A stretch of DNA of 64,000 bases from Alphaproteobacteria bacterium (GTDB lineage Bacteria > Pseudomonadota > Alphaproteobacteria > DSM-16000 > Inquilinaceae). This document shows, piece by piece, positions 1-12,783 of this stretch. Numbering within the stretch: the first letter of the stretch is position 1; every line of letters begins with the position of its first letter. The notes beneath the pieces were generated by a model. It saw only the letters and a program-made list of their open reading frames with translations, ran no database searches and was not told the DNA's origin. The stretch covers positions 12,615 through 76,614 of the forward strand of contig JANQIU010000030.1 of NCBI GenBank assembly GCA_028281985.1. The letters run 5' to 3'. A program made the translations under genes and the position numbers.

Positions 1-184
1 GGTCACCTGGGATCTGGTCGGCAATCGGCGCCGGGTGCCGCGCCCCAACCCGGCAGGGTTTGCCCCGCCGGCCAAGGGAAAACCGCGGAATCCTGCGGTC
101 GTATACGGAAAATCAACGGTTTTGCGGGTGGTATGTGCTTTGCTGGTCGGCATTGGCTGCATAACAGGAATTCCGAGACCGAGT

Positions 185-460
185 ATGACGACAATCGGCC
201 CCTTCCCCGCAAACCGTGGTCCGCTGCCGCCGACCCCGGCCGCAACCGACGCGAAATCGGCCCAGCCGACCCCGGAACCGGGCACACCGCCCGCCGTGGA
301 CCGGGTCGATCTCCGGCATGGTACCGCGGCAACGGTGCCGACCGACGATCCCCAGCTGGCCCAATCGGCCAAGTCCGCTCCCCAGGCGCTGCTTGACGCG
401 GGGGCTGGGGCTCTGGGTGCCCAGGCGATCCCGGACGACGTGCTGGCGCTGCTCGACTGA
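185..460 (+). CDS. hypothetical small Pro/Ala-rich protein (91 aa)
   Basis: In-frame ATG at 185 of track ORF 35..460. No motif I recognise and a weak SD. Convergent with the next gene. Confidence 0.3.
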   Translation: MTTIGPFPANRGPLPPTPAATDAKSAQPTPEPGTPPAVDRVDLRHGTAATVPTDDPQLAQSAKSAPQALLDAGAGALGAQAIPDDVLALLD

Positions 461-510
461 TCGCGGCAACCCGGTTGCCGGCGGGCTGCGACGACTGCCG
501 TCGATCGGGG

Positions 511-1008
511 TCAGTCGGATCCGGCCGCGTATTCGGGAACCGTACTCAGCATCGCGTCCAGTTGCCCCCGGCGGAACGGCAGTTCGACGAACAGCCGGCG
601 CAAGACCTCGCCGACCCCGACCGGTCGGCGGCTCTCCGCGTCATCGGGGGTGGCCACCATGGAAACGATCAGGTCATCGTCCAATAGGCTGCACACAGCT
701 TCCAGGCGGCGGTCCAGCGCGGCCTGCGCGCGGGCCAGATCCTCGGGCCGGTCCGGAATGTCGGAGTTGCCGGCGACCAGATGCAGCGTCCGCCGACCGG
801 TGTCCAGGCGGACAACCGTCTCCTCCATCGCGGTGACGGAATGCAGGGTCTCGGTAAGCAAACCCTGCAGCCCCGCCAGGATCGAGGCATAGGGGCGTCC
901 CGCCTCCGCCACCAGCGCCTCGTCGCCCAGGGCTAGGCAGGCATCCCAAAGGCGCGCATTGGCTTCCGTGTTCGCCGCCGCCTCGGCCCGAAAATGGTCT
1001 CCCAACAT
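511..1008 (-). CDS. hypothetical protein (165 aa)
   Basis: ATG at 1008 inside track ORF 511..1377, 25 nt after the kdsA stop. The upstream part of the ORF is an out-of-frame shadow of kdsA. Protein-like composition, no family recognised. Confidence 0.5.
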   Translation of the reverse strand: MLGDHFRAEAAANTEANARLWDACLALGDEALVAEAGRPYASILAGLQGLLTETLHSVTAMEETVVRLDTGRRTLHLVAGNSDIPDRPEDLARAQAALDRRLEAVCSLLDDDLIVSMVATPDDAESRRPVGVGEVLRRLFVELPFRRGQLDAMLSTVPEYAAGSD

Positions 1009-1033
1009 AGCCGGTCGCCCCGCCGCCCGATGA

Positions 1034-1885
1034 TTACCGCGCCTGGGGTAGGCGCTGCCGCGCCTTGGCGATCGCGTCAAGCGCCACGATGTCCTCCAGC
1101 AGAGCCGGCAACTGGGAAAGGGGCAGCATGTTCGGTCCGTCGCTGGGAGCCCGGTCGGGATCCTCATGCGTTTCGATGAAGACCGCGGCCACGCCGACGG
1201 CCGCCGCCGCTCGGGCCAGGACCGGGACGAACTCGCGCTGCCCGCCGGATCGCTCACCCTGCCCGCCCGGCTGTTGCACCGAATGCGTGGCGTCGAACAC
1301 CACCGGATAGCCGAATTGCGCCATGATCGGCAGCGACCGCATATCGCTGACCAGCGTGTTGTAGCCGAAACTGGCACCCCGCTCCGTCAGCATGATCCGG
1401 TCGTTGCCGGAGGCCAGCAGCTTGGCCACCACATGGCGCATGTCCCAGGGCGCGAGGAACTGCCCCTTCTTCACGTTCACCGCCTGACCGGTCTCCGCGG
1501 CGGCGACGAGCAGGTCGGTCTGCCGACACAGGAAGGCGGGGATCTGCAGGACATCGACGATCTTGGCGACCGGTGCGCACTGGCGCGGCTCATGGACGTC
1601 GGTCAGAATGGGGCAGCCGAAGCGCTCCCTGATCTCCGCCAGGATCGGCAGCCCCTCGCCCATCCCGATGCCCCTCGGGCTTCCCAATCCCGTCCGATTG
1701 GCCTTGTCGAAGGACGTCTTGTAGATCAGCGGCATCCCGGCATCTGCGGCAATGCCGACCAGGGCTTCGCTGACCTCCAGGGCATGTTGCCGCGATTCCA
1801 GCGCGCAGGGACCGGCGATCAGAGCGATCGGCCGGTCGTTGGCCAAGACCGCGTTGCCGATTGCCACCGTCTTCGCTGCCGTCAT
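1034..1885 (-). CDS. kdsA: 2-dehydro-3-deoxyphosphooctonate aldolase (KDO-8-P synthase)
   Basis: 283 aa. Motifs [34 protein letters not shown] start verified at 1885. Confidence 0.93.
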   Translation of the reverse strand: MTAAKTVAIGNAVLANDRPIALIAGPCALESRQHALEVSEALVGIAADAGMPLIYKTSFDKANRTGLGSPRGIGMGEGLPILAEIRERFGCPILTDVHEPRQCAPVAKIVDVLQIPAFLCRQTDLLVAAAETGQAVNVKKGQFLAPWDMRHVVAKLLASGNDRIMLTERGASFGYNTLVSDMRSLPIMAQFGYPVVFDATHSVQQPGGQGERSGGQREFVPVLARAAAAVGVAAVFIETHEDPDRAPSDGPNMLPLSQLPALLEDIVALDAIAKARQRLPQAR

Positions 1886-2016
1886 CGTCGATCAGTACCC
1901 CGTATGGATCGGCGTCCACGACCGGATCGGACACCAACAGGTGGATACAATCCTCGGTAAGTGCGGCGCGCCTCGCAAGAACACTGCCCCCGACGCCGCC
2001 TCCTGGCTCGGTCCGG

Positions 2017-3771
<1,755 letters not shown>

Positions 3772-4146
3772 TTACTGGTCCAGCGGGATCGCGGGGAAGG
3801 TCGGGCCATCGGCCGCCGGCGCATCATCCGGAGCCCCGACGCCCTCGCCGATTGGGAACTCCTCCGCCGGTATCGGATCGCCGCCCTCCATGATCGAAGG
3901 CGCCTCACGGGCAGTGTTCGCCAGAATGGCCAGGATCATGCTGGAGGCAACGAAACAGGCGGCCAGGAATGTCGTCGCCCGGGTCAGCAGGTTGGCCGTC
4001 CCACGCACGGACATGAACGGTCCCATGCCGCCGCCGCCCCCGCCGCCCATGCCCAGGCCGCCGCCTTCGCTACGCTGGATCAGCACGACGCCGATCAGGG
4101 CTGCCGTGATGAGAATATGAATCACCAACAGGATCGTCTGACTCAC
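3772..4146 (-). CDS. secG: preprotein translocase subunit SecG
   Basis: Small protein with two TM segments and a Gly-rich loop (GGGLGMGGGGGGGMG). GTG start. Lies between pyrG and tpiA, as is typical. Confidence 0.88.
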   Translation of the reverse strand: MSQTILLVIHILITAALIGVVLIQRSEGGGLGMGGGGGGGMGPFMSVRGTANLLTRATTFLAACFVASSMILAILANTAREAPSIMEGGDPIPAEEFPIGEGVGAPDDAPAADGPTFPAIPLDQ

Positions 4147-4290
4147 GATCGCCTCGCATCGGTACGGCGAATGGGCGTGGAAACGCCAAAGCGGCCGGCA
4201 GACCAGTGTCGCCGGCTACGGGCGCGCCTTGTAGCGCAGGACCGCGGGACGCGCCAGTGCGATTTCCGAAGACGGACGGATCGGAGGCCG

Positions 4291-5040
4291 CTAGCGCGAA
4301 CTCTGGGCGATCGACCAGAAATCGTCGGCGGCCAGGCTGGCGCCGCCGACAAGGGCACCGTCGACATTCGGCACATGCATCAGTTCTTCGGCATTGCCGG
4401 GTTTCACCGACCCGCCATAGAGGATGGCCACATTCTCCGCATCGGTCACCTTGCGGGAGAGTTCCGCCCGGATCAGGGCATGCACCTCGGCCACATCTGC
4501 CGTGGTCGGGGTGCGCCCGGTGCCGATGGCCCAGACCGGCTCATAGGCGATGACCAGGGTATCGCTGGACAGGCCGTCCGCCACCGAACCGGCAATCTGT
4601 CGCGCGCAGACGGTCAGGGTTTCGCCGGCATCGCGCTGTTCTTCGGTTTCGCCGATGCAGATGATCGGGGTCATGCCGGCCCGGACAACGGCCTTGGCCT
4701 TCTCGGCCACCTCCAGATCCAGTTCCTTGTGGTCCTGGCGGCGCTCGGAATGACCGACGATGACGTGGGTGCACCCAAGATCGGCCAGCATCGGTGCGGC
4801 GACGTCACCGGTATGCGCACCCTTTTCCCCGGGGTGGCAGTCCTGGGCGCCCAGCATGACGCCGCTGCCGGCAATCGCCTGTGCCACGGCATCGATCAGC
4901 GGAAAGGGCGGACAGACCAGCAGGTCGTACTCCGGATCACTGTCCTGGGCGTACCGGACCCCGAGTTCCCGCGCCAGCGCGATGCCCTCCGCCTTGAGGC
5001 AGTTCATCTTCCAGTTGCCGGCGATCAGTTTGCGAGGCAT
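4291..5040 (-). CDS. tpiA: triosephosphate isomerase
   Basis: 249 aa from the ATG at 5040. Motifs IAGNWKMN, IAYEPVWAIGTG, VGGASL. The rest of track ORF 4291..5730 is non-coding read-through. Confidence 0.95.
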   Translation of the reverse strand: MPRKLIAGNWKMNCLKAEGIALARELGVRYAQDSDPEYDLLVCPPFPLIDAVAQAIAGSGVMLGAQDCHPGEKGAHTGDVAAPMLADLGCTHVIVGHSERRQDHKELDLEVAEKAKAVVRAGMTPIICIGETEEQRDAGETLTVCARQIAGSVADGLSSDTLVIAYEPVWAIGTGRTPTTADVAEVHALIRAELSRKVTDAENVAILYGGSVKPGNAEELMHVPNVDGALVGGASLAADDFWSIAQSSR

Positions 5041-5245
5041 CGGCGTTTTTCCCGGTTGGTGCGTGTCGCAGCGGAGCGTGTGGCGGGACCGAACGGCCCC
5101 CGACAGGTTGATAGCAGAAGCGATGGACGGCCGGCCAGCGATCAGTCGGCATGCCCTGCCTGGCGCCGCCCTTGCCGGACACAGTTGCTGTGTTAGGTTC
5201 CGCGGCCGAATTCTTCGTTCCCGACCACCCTCCAGCGACGGTCCC

Positions 5246-6133
5246 TTGGCCACCAACGAACCCGACCTGTTCGGCCTGCTCGGCCGCATCGCCGATGCCC
5301 TGGAACGGTTGTCGCCGGGGCAGGCCGAACCGGCCGACCTGACGGTAGCCGACGCCTTCGTCTGGCATGCCGAATCCGGTCGGCTGGCCCCCGTCGGTGC
5401 GGTCAGCCGGGTCGCGGTCGACCTGCTGCAGGGCATCGACCTCCAGCGTGGCCAGCTGACCGACAACACGCGCCGGTTTCGCGACGGTCTGCCGGCCAAC
5501 AACGCCCTGCTCTGGGGCGCACGCGGCATGGGCAAGAGCTCGCTGGTCAAGGCCGTGCATGCGGCGGTGAATGACGAGATCGCGGACGACAGCAGCGGCC
5601 GGAAGGTGGCGCTGATCGAGATCCACCGCGAGGACATCGCGACGCTGCCGCGGCTGCTCGACGTGCTGCGGGCGACCGATCGGCGCTGCGTCCTGTTCTG
5701 CGACGACCTGTCGTTCGACACCACCGGCACCAGCTACAAGTCGCTCAAAGCCGTGCTGGAAGGCGGCATCGAAGGCCGCCCGGACAACGTCCTGTTCTAC
5801 GCCACCTCCAACCGGCGGCACCTTATGCCGCGGGAGATGATCGAGAATGAACGGTCCACCGCGATCATCGCGGGCGAGACGGTTGAGGAGAAGGTGTCAT
5901 TGTCGGATCGCTTCGGCTTGTGGCTTGGCTTCCACGCCTGCGACCAGCAGACCTATCTGAACATGATTGCCGGCTATGTCGACGCGTTCGGCCTGCCCGT
6001 CGACGAGGAAACCTGGCGGCCCGATGCCCTGCAATGGTCGGTGACCCGCGGCAGCCGGTCGGGACGCGTGGCCTGGCAGTATCTGCAGGACCTTGCCGGC
6101 CGGCTCGGCTGCCGCCTGTCGCCGGTCGACTAA
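5246..6133 (+). CDS. DUF815-type AAA ATPase
   Basis: Walker A GARGMGKSSLVKA and conserved C-terminal half. No ATG available. TTG at 5246 is the first plausible start, so the start is uncertain. Confidence 0.75.
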   Translation: MATNEPDLFGLLGRIADALERLSPGQAEPADLTVADAFVWHAESGRLAPVGAVSRVAVDLLQGIDLQRGQLTDNTRRFRDGLPANNALLWGARGMGKSSLVKAVHAAVNDEIADDSSGRKVALIEIHREDIATLPRLLDVLRATDRRCVLFCDDLSFDTTGTSYKSLKAVLEGGIEGRPDNVLFYATSNRRHLMPREMIENERSTAIIAGETVEEKVSLSDRFGLWLGFHACDQQTYLNMIAGYVDAFGLPVDEETWRPDALQWSVTRGSRSGRVAWQYLQDLAGRLGCRLSPVD

Positions 6134-6215
6134 GCAACTCCGCCTGAACGGTTCGTTGGCGTCCGTGCGGACGCCGGACGATCCGGCGCGTATCCCGAGA
6201 GGACCCTCCTGGCCC

Positions 6216-6821
6216 ATGTTTCGGCGGCTTTACGATTGGACGCTGCGTGCCGCCGAAGGACCAAGGGCCTTATGGGTGCTGGCGCTGGTGTCGTTCTCCG
6301 AAAGCGCCGTGCTACCGCTGCCCGTGGACGCCATTTCGATCCCGCTGATGCTGGCGTCCCGGCGCCGGGTCTGGCTGATCTGCGCGATCTGCACGGTGAC
6401 GTCGATTGCCGGCGGCGCTGCGGGCTATGCGATCGGCTTCTTTCTCTACGAGACGCTGGGTCGGTGGCTGATCGACCTTTACGGTATGACCGCCCAGTTC
6501 GAGTCCGTGCAACTCCAGTTCGACGATGTCGGCTGGATGGTGGTGATCGTCGGGGCCATAACCCCCCTGCCCTACAAGCTGATCGCCATCGCCAGCGGCC
6601 TGCTGACCTTCAGCTTCCCGTTCTTCGTCCTGCTGTCATTGCTGGGCCGCGGCGCCCGGTTCTTCGCCATCGGCGCGGTCCTGTGGTGGTTCGGCCCGCC
6701 GATCCGGGGCTTCATCGACCGCAACGCGACCCTCGTGGGGTGGCTGGTCCTGGCAACGCTGGTCGGCGGCTTTGCCCTGTTGTGGCTGATCGAAGCCCGG
6801 CCACCGTCGGCCAGCGGGTGA
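6216..6821 (+). CDS. YqaA/DedA-like (SNARE-associated) inner-membrane protein
   Basis: ATG at 6216. Multi-TM protein with FSESAVLPLPVD and PLPYKL motifs typical of the family. Confidence 0.72.
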   Translation: MFRRLYDWTLRAAEGPRALWVLALVSFSESAVLPLPVDAISIPLMLASRRRVWLICAICTVTSIAGGAAGYAIGFFLYETLGRWLIDLYGMTAQFESVQLQFDDVGWMVVIVGAITPLPYKLIAIASGLLTFSFPFFVLLSLLGRGARFFAIGAVLWWFGPPIRGFIDRNATLVGWLVLATLVGGFALLWLIEARPPSASG

Positions 6822-6846
6822 CGGGTCCCGGCCGCGCCGCGCCGGT

Positions 6847-7962
6847 TCAGCGAGGCGGCAGCAGGCCCAGGGGATCGACCGCTTCGGTGCCTTCGCGGAT
6901 TTCGAAATGCAGCATCGGCGTGGCGACGGCCCCGGTATCGCCGACGGTGCCCAACGGCTGGCCCGCGGTTAGCACCTCTTCCCGCGCCACCAGGATGCTG
7001 TCCAGATGGGCGTAGGCGGTGATCCAGTCGCCTTCATGCCGGACCAGAACCAGGTTGCCGTAGCCCCGGACCTCGTTTCCGGCATAGGCGACGGTCCCAT
7101 TGTCGGCCGCACGCACGGCCGTGCCGCGCGGCGCTGCGAGGCGGATACCGTCGGACCGGTCGCCGTTGATCTCCGACCCGAAGCTGGCAACCAGCTCGCC
7201 GGTGATCGGCCAGGCAAATCCCGCACCGGATCGTGCGGGCGGTATGACGGGCCTCGGCGCCACATCCGCTTCGACAGTGGGCGCCGCCGCGACGCTTGGC
7301 GGCGGTTCGCCGGCTTCGACGCTGGGGATGCCGGTCGGGCCAGCAGATGCCGGTCCCGGCGGTAACGGGATCCCCGCAGCATCGTCGGGCACGGTGACCA
7401 GGGGCTGGGTTGCCGCCGGCTCGTCGGGAACCGCAACCGGCGCTGGAATCTCGACCGGCTGAAGGGGCACGGGCTGCGCGGTCGCCTCGGCAACCGCGGC
7501 CGGCGGTCCGGCGGCCGGTGCCGGCGTCCCAGCCGACGGAGCTGGCGGCGCCAACGGCACGACCTCGACCGGCCTGGGGCTCGCGGACGGCCCCGGCAAA
7601 GGCGTCAAGGATTGGGGCGCCGGCTGAAAGCCGGTGGCGGTTTGCGGGGCGGCGAAGGCCGGCGGCACCTCGGCAGTGCTGGGCAGCCGCAAGACCTGCC
7701 CTTCCGTCACCGTGAACGGCGGCGCCAGACCGTTCAGCGCCACAAGATCGCGGGGTGCCAGGTCATAATGGCGGGCGATGTCGAATAGCGTGGTATCGGC
7801 CGGGACAAGGATCACCGGCGGCAGCGTCCCATCGGAGGCCGGTGGCGGCAGGTCGCCGCCCAGCATGCAGGCCGTGGTCAGGCAGGCGCCGAAACCGGCG
7901 GCAAGCAGTCTGCGCCCTACGCCGGCATGTTGGGTACCAAGGGTACGAATCGAACCGGCCAC
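6847..7962 (-). CDS. LysM + M23 peptidase lipoprotein (NlpD-like)
   Basis: LysM segment (LFDIARHYDLAPRDLVALNGL), Pro/Ala linker and C-terminal M23 domain (GNLVLVRHEGDWITAYAHL ... PMLHFEIR). GTG start at 7962 overlaps the pcm end and is uncertain. Confidence 0.85.
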   Translation of the reverse strand: MAGSIRTLGTQHAGVGRRLLAAGFGACLTTACMLGGDLPPPASDGTLPPVILVPADTTLFDIARHYDLAPRDLVALNGLAPPFTVTEGQVLRLPSTAEVPPAFAAPQTATGFQPAPQSLTPLPGPSASPRPVEVVPLAPPAPSAGTPAPAAGPPAAVAEATAQPVPLQPVEIPAPVAVPDEPAATQPLVTVPDDAAGIPLPPGPASAGPTGIPSVEAGEPPPSVAAAPTVEADVAPRPVIPPARSGAGFAWPITGELVASFGSEINGDRSDGIRLAAPRGTAVRAADNGTVAYAGNEVRGYGNLVLVRHEGDWITAYAHLDSILVAREEVLTAGQPLGTVGDTGAVATPMLHFEIREGTEAVDPLGLLPPR

Positions 7963-8558
7963 AGGTCCTCCCGTTGCACGTCGTCGCCGTCGCGGCGGAA
8001 CCGGACGACTTGCTGGCCACCCCAGTCGTCCCCCATGGGGATGACCAGGATCCCGCCGTCGTCGAGCTGCTCGACCAGGGCCGGGGGCGGTTCATGTCCG
8101 GCATGGGCCGCCGTGACGATGATCCGCTGGAAAGGAGCCTGCTCGGGCCAGCCGCGGGTACCGTCCCCGCAAATCGCGACGATATTGTGGATCCGCATCG
8201 CGGCAAACCGTGTTTCCGCCGTCTCCAACAATATCTTGTGCCGCTCGATGGTGTAGACCCGCCGACACAGCTTCGCCAGCACCGACGCCTGGTAGCCCGA
8301 TCCGGTCCCGATCTCCAGAACCTTGTGCCGGTCGTCGATCTCCAGCGCCTGCGTCATCATCGCAACCACCAGCGGCTGGCTGATGGTCTGGCCCAGACCG
8401 ATGGGCAACGCCTTGTCCTCGTAGGCCTGGTCCAGAAAAGTCTCGGGCACAAACAGGTCCCGGGGAACCCGTTCCAGGGCGCCCAGCACCTTGTGGTCGG
8501 TGATCCCCGACCGGCGCAAATGCATCAGCAAGCGAATCTTGCGGGCTTCGCCACTCAA
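7917..8558 (-). CDS. pcm: protein-L-isoaspartate O-methyltransferase
   Basis: Motifs TISQPLVVAMM and VLEIGTGSGYQASVLA. TTG at 8558 overlaps the surE stop (TTGA). The alternative ATG is at 8525. Confidence 0.9.
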   Translation of the reverse strand: MSGEARKIRLLMHLRRSGITDHKVLGALERVPRDLFVPETFLDQAYEDKALPIGLGQTISQPLVVAMMTQALEIDDRHKVLEIGTGSGYQASVLAKLCRRVYTIERHKILLETAETRFAAMRIHNIVAICGDGTRGWPEQAPFQRIIVTAAHAGHEPPPALVEQLDDGGILVIPMGDDWGGQQVVRFRRDGDDVQREDLWPVRFVPLVPNMPA

Positions 8559-9322
8559 GACAGGACCTGCTTCAGGGTCTCGAGCAGGCCCCGGTGGGTC
8601 AGGTCGAGCTGCAAGGGCGTCACCGCAATGTATCCCTGGGACAGGGCTTCGGCGTCGGTGTCGGGCGGAACCGCCCCCGAATAGCGCGGCAAGCCGATCC
8701 AGAAATACGACCGGCCCCTGGGGTCGTCCCGCTTGATGTAGTCGTCGCCCTGCTTGAGCGGCGCGTAGCCCGTGGTGCGCACGCCCTGCACCGCGTCGGG
8801 CGGCCGGTCGGGGAAGTTCACCGAGACCAGAGACCCCTGGGGCCAGTCGGGGCCGATCACCTTTCGGACGATATCGGGCGCCCAGGTTTCCGCCGTTGCC
8901 CAATCGATGCCGGTCGCTGCGTCGTAGGCCTGGCTGAAGGCGATGGCCCGGGTCCCCTGCAGGGTGGCTTCCGCCGCCGCGGCGATCGTCCCGGAATACG
9001 GGATGTCGACGCCCAGATTGTAGCCGTGGTTGATGCCCGACAGGACCAGGTCCGGGGCCCGGTCCTCCAACAGATAGTTGAACGCCAGCAGGACCGAATC
9101 GCTGGGCGTGCCGTCGACGGTGAACCGCCGATCAGACACGGTCCGGACCCGCACCGGCCGGTGCAGGGTCAGCGAATGGCTGGCACCGCTCTGCTCGCTT
9201 GCCGGGGCACAGACCCAGACATCATCGCTCAGCGTCCGTGCGATTCTCTCCAGAACAGCGATGCCGGCGGACTGGATGCCATCGTCGTTGGTGACGAGGA
9301 TGCGCAAAGGCGTGTCAGGCAT
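8555..9322 (-). CDS. surE: 5'/3'-nucleotidase SurE
   Basis: N-terminus [16 protein letters not shown] and GINHGYNLG. surE-pcm-nlpD order. Confidence 0.93.
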   Translation of the reverse strand: MPDTPLRILVTNDDGIQSAGIAVLERIARTLSDDVWVCAPASEQSGASHSLTLHRPVRVRTVSDRRFTVDGTPSDSVLLAFNYLLEDRAPDLVLSGINHGYNLGVDIPYSGTIAAAAEATLQGTRAIAFSQAYDAATGIDWATAETWAPDIVRKVIGPDWPQGSLVSVNFPDRPPDAVQGVRTTGYAPLKQGDDYIKRDDPRGRSYFWIGLPRYSGAVPPDTDAEALSQGYIAVTPLQLDLTHRGLLETLKQVLS

Positions 9323-10589
9323 GGGTCGTGATCACTTCCAGTCCACCGAGATACGGACGCAGCGCTTCCGGCACCAGGACCGAGCCGTCCGACTGCTGAT
9401 AGGTCTCGAGCACGGCGATCAACGCGCGCCCCGTCGCCACCCCCGAACCGTTCAGGGTGTGGACGAACCGGGTCGCCTTTTCCCCTTTCGGCCGGCACCG
9501 TGCATTCATGCGCCGTGCCTGGAAGTCACCGCAATTGGAACAGGAGGATATCTCGCGATACCGCTGCTGCCCTGGAAGCCAGACCTCCAGGTCATAGGTC
9601 TTGCGCGCGCCGAAGCCGATGTCGCCGGTGCACAGCGACACCACCCGATAGGCCAAGCCCAGCCGCTTCAGCACCGTCTCCGCACAGGCGGTCATCCGCT
9701 CGTGCTCCTCGGCCGATTGCTCCGGCGTGGTCACGCTGACCAGTTCCACCTTGTTGAACTGGTGCTGGCGGATCATGCCGCGCGTGTCCTTGCCGGCGGA
9801 CCCGGCTTCCGAGCGGAAACAGGGGGTCAGCGCGGTGAACCGGAACGGCAGATCGTCGGCGGCCAGGATCTCGTCGGCCACCAGATTGGTCAGCGGAACC
9901 TCGGCCGTCGGGATCATCCAGTAGCCATCCGCCGTGGCGAACAGATCGTCGGCGAACTTCGGCAACTGACCGGTGCCGTACAGGGCCCGGTCCCGCACCA
10001 GAAGCGGTGGGGCCACCTCCCGATAGCCGTGCTCCTGGGTGTGCAAATCCATCATGAACTGGCCAAGGGCCCGCTCCAGCCGGGCCAACGCGCCGCGCAG
10101 GACGACGAATCGCGCCCCGGAGAGCTTCGCCGCGGCCGCGAAATCCATCAGATCGCTGTCGCCGAACAGCGCATCGTGTTCCGCCAGACCGTTGTCCTGG
10201 CGGGGATCTCCGACGCGGCGGAGTTCCTGGTTGGCGGTTTCGTCCGCGCCATCCGGCACGTCGTCGTCGACCGCGTTCGGCCATCCGGACAACAGGTCCG
10301 TCAGGGCGTGCGCCGCCTCGCGCTCGGCTTCCTCCAGCTTTCCAGCCTGGTCCTTGAGCTGCGCGACCTCGTCCATCACCGCCTGGGCGTCGCCGCCCTG
10401 GCGCTTGATCTGCCCGATCTGCCGGGACGCCTCGTTCCGGCGCGCCAGAACCGCCTGCAGGTCGGTCTGCGCCTGGCGGCGCTGTTCATCCAGCGCCAAT
10501 GCCCGGGCCGCGCCCGGTTCCAGGCCCCTGCGGCCCAGCGCACGGTCAAAAGCCTCCGGATCCTCGCGGATCCAACGGATGTCATGCAT
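9315..10589 (-). CDS. serS: serine--tRNA ligase
   Basis: 424 aa with an N-terminal coiled-coil arm and a class II core ([36 protein letters not shown]). Confidence 0.95.
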   Translation of the reverse strand: MHDIRWIREDPEAFDRALGRRGLEPGAARALALDEQRRQAQTDLQAVLARRNEASRQIGQIKRQGGDAQAVMDEVAQLKDQAGKLEEAEREAAHALTDLLSGWPNAVDDDVPDGADETANQELRRVGDPRQDNGLAEHDALFGDSDLMDFAAAAKLSGARFVVLRGALARLERALGQFMMDLHTQEHGYREVAPPLLVRDRALYGTGQLPKFADDLFATADGYWMIPTAEVPLTNLVADEILAADDLPFRFTALTPCFRSEAGSAGKDTRGMIRQHQFNKVELVSVTTPEQSAEEHERMTACAETVLKRLGLAYRVVSLCTGDIGFGARKTYDLEVWLPGQQRYREISSCSNCGDFQARRMNARCRPKGEKATRFVHTLNGSGVATGRALIAVLETYQQSDGSVLVPEALRPYLGGLEVITTHA

Positions 10590-10704
10590 GGGGTAAGCGG
10601 TCCCGGCCGCGGACTACTGGCAACGCACCTTCCTGAGCGACCGCCTTATAGGGCCGGCTCCGGCACAGATCCACCCCCGGGACGTCCCCGGCGGGGCCGA
10701 CCGG

Positions 10705-11514
10705 TCAGGCGCCGGAGGCCTGCTCCGCCTCTTCCGCCGCCTCCCGGGCGGCGCGTTTTCGTTCGGTGATCCGGGCCAGCCAGATCGACACCTCGTAGAG
10801 CAGGAGAACCGGAATCGCCAAGCCGACCTGGCTGATGATGTCAGGCGGGGTCAGCAGTGCCGCGACGATAAAGACGCCGACGACGGCGTATTTGCGGCGT
10901 TTCGCAAGGCCGTCCGCCGAGACGATGCCCACCCGGGCCAGCAAGGTCAGCGCCACCGGAAGCTGGAATGCCAGTCCGAAGGCGAAAATCAGCTTCATCG
11001 TCAGGCTTAGGTAATCGGCCACCCGCGGCAAGACTTCGATCCGCAGCGACCCATCATCTCCGGCGCTTTCGAAACTGAGGAAGAACTTCCAGGCGAGAGG
11101 GAAAATACCGTAGTAAACCATGGCGCCGCCAAGAAAGAACAGGATCGGCGCTGCAATCAGATAGGGCAAGAAGGCGCGCTTTTCGACCTTGTAGAGACCG
11201 GGCGCTATGAACAGGTACAGTTGATGTGCGATGATCGGAAATGACACGAAGGTCCCGGCAAAGAATGCAATCTTGATATTTGTGAAGAAAACTTCCGTTA
11301 GCTGGGTGTAGATCAAACCGCGATCCGGGCCAAGCTGGCTGATCAGTGGATCAGCAAGAAATGCGTAGATGTCGCTCGCAAAAATGTAGCAAACGATAAA
11401 GGCGACGAAGAGCGCGATCGCCGCATACATCAACCGGTTCCGCAGCTCGATCAGGTGTTCGAGCAGCGGCATTTCCTTATCGTTGATTTCGTCCTGGCTG
11501 GTCACGACCGTCAC
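10705..11514 (-). CDS. tatC: twin-arginine translocase subunit TatC
   Basis: 6-TM protein with MPLLEHLIELRNRL. GTG start overlaps the tatB stop (GTGA). Confidence 0.92.
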   Translation of the reverse strand: MTVVTSQDEINDKEMPLLEHLIELRNRLMYAAIALFVAFIVCYIFASDIYAFLADPLISQLGPDRGLIYTQLTEVFFTNIKIAFFAGTFVSFPIIAHQLYLFIAPGLYKVEKRAFLPYLIAAPILFFLGGAMVYYGIFPLAWKFFLSFESAGDDGSLRIEVLPRVADYLSLTMKLIFAFGLAFQLPVALTLLARVGIVSADGLAKRRKYAVVGVFIVAALLTPPDIISQVGLAIPVLLLYEVSIWLARITERKRAAREAAEEAEQASGA

Positions 11515-12341
11515 TCACTGCTCTCGGCCGCGGCCTGTGCTGCCGGCTCGGGCGTCTTTCTCTTTCTGGCTGGCGCCGTCTTTGCCGGCGCCGCCGCTTG
11601 GTCCGGCTGCCCGTCCGACGCGGCCGCGGATGATGCCTTGGTGCTCTTGGTTGCAGGCGAAGACCGCGTGCGGCGCTTCGCCGGCTGCGCCGACGTCTCG
11701 CCATCTTTCGCTGTCGCCGGCTTCTTGCGTGTCGATGCCGTCTTTGGTGCAGCCGATTTGGTGGCGGGCGCTTTGGTCTTCGCGCCGGTTGCGCGTGCCT
11801 TGGCAGGCGCCTTGCCCTTCGCCGGGGTCGGCGCTTCAACCTTCGTCCCGTCCGACGTATCGCTCACCGGCACCGGCTTGGCCTTGATCGGTTCCGGTTC
11901 CGACTCGCGCCGGCTCGGTTCCGACTGGCTGATGCGGCCCACCGGGTCCGCGTCACCGCCCGAAGGTGTCGTCGAGGCGGCCTTGCCGTCGGAAGGCGCA
12001 TCCGTCGTCTTCTCCGCCCCTGCTGTGGGCGCGGGCGCCGCCGACTTGTCGCCACCAGTTGGGTCCAAGGCGTTCTTCAACTGCCCTTTGGGATCGATGA
12101 ATTTCTCAAGCTGGTGCTTCGGATTGAAGCCGCGGGCCGTCTGCAGCCCCTTCCGCACCTCGTCCAGTTCGGTGTCCCGGACCATGTCGTCGACATGACG
12201 CTGGAAGTCGCCGGCGACCTTGCGCGCCGCGCGCATCCATTTGCCGACGGTGTACATGGCCTTCGGCAGGTCCCGCGGGCCAATTATGACCAGCGCCACC
12301 ACCAGCACGATGAGGAATTCCGACCAGCCTATGTCGAGCAT
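11511..12341 (-). CDS. tatB: twin-arginine translocase subunit TatB, with a long Ala/Lys/Pro/Thr-rich tail
   Basis: N-terminus MLDIGWSEFLIVLVVALVIIGPRDLPK, then an amphipathic helix. About 190 aa of low-complexity C-terminus. Confidence 0.85.
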   Translation of the reverse strand: MLDIGWSEFLIVLVVALVIIGPRDLPKAMYTVGKWMRAARKVAGDFQRHVDDMVRDTELDEVRKGLQTARGFNPKHQLEKFIDPKGQLKNALDPTGGDKSAAPAPTAGAEKTTDAPSDGKAASTTPSGGDADPVGRISQSEPSRRESEPEPIKAKPVPVSDTSDGTKVEAPTPAKGKAPAKARATGAKTKAPATKSAAPKTASTRKKPATAKDGETSAQPAKRRTRSSPATKSTKASSAAASDGQPDQAAAPAKTAPARKRKTPEPAAQAAAESSE

Positions 12342-12431
12342 ATCAGGTCCATCGCCGACATCGATCCGACACCAGGCCGATCACGCGAACGGCGGTTGAG
12401 CGAGCGGCGCAAGCCCCAGGAACAGGGCGGG

Positions 12432-12671
12432 TTAGGACTTGGCCGCCTCGTCCTTGGCTTGGCCAGTCGTTGTCGTCGAGGTCGTGCCGGCATCGGCGTC
12501 ATCCGACGGGATCTGACGCTGGTTGGCGGGATCCTCGTCTTCCTTCATGCCTTGCTTGAAGTTCTTCACGCCCTTGGCGACGTCGCCCATGACCCTCGGC
12601 AACTTGCCGGCGCCGAAGATGATCAAGACGACGAGCAGGATTAAGACAACCTGCCAAATACCTAAGCTCAT
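12432..12671 (-). CDS. tatA: twin-arginine translocase subunit TatA
   Basis: ATG at 12671. Sequence [39 protein letters not shown]. Confidence 0.88.
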   Translation of the reverse strand: MSLGIWQVVLILLVVLIIFGAGKLPRVMGDVAKGVKNFKQGMKEDEDPANQRQIPSDDADAGTTSTTTTGQAKDEAAKS

Positions 12672-12783
12672 TGCGATTTTCCCTTGTCTTCGCGGTCCCT
12701 GCTCGCACGACGGCCGGATCATGGCAGAAAGCCGGTGCCCCCGCAACGTGGGCGGCATCCGCAATCCCCCGTCACCAGCGCCT

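Noticed and set aside
185-460. Idea that the small Pro/Ala-rich ORF is an FlgM-like anti-sigma factor (VDRVDLRHG resembles the FlgM ..V.LS.. region).
   Set aside because: The resemblance is a few residues only, and there are no flagellar genes in the window. It is kept as a low-confidence hypothetical.
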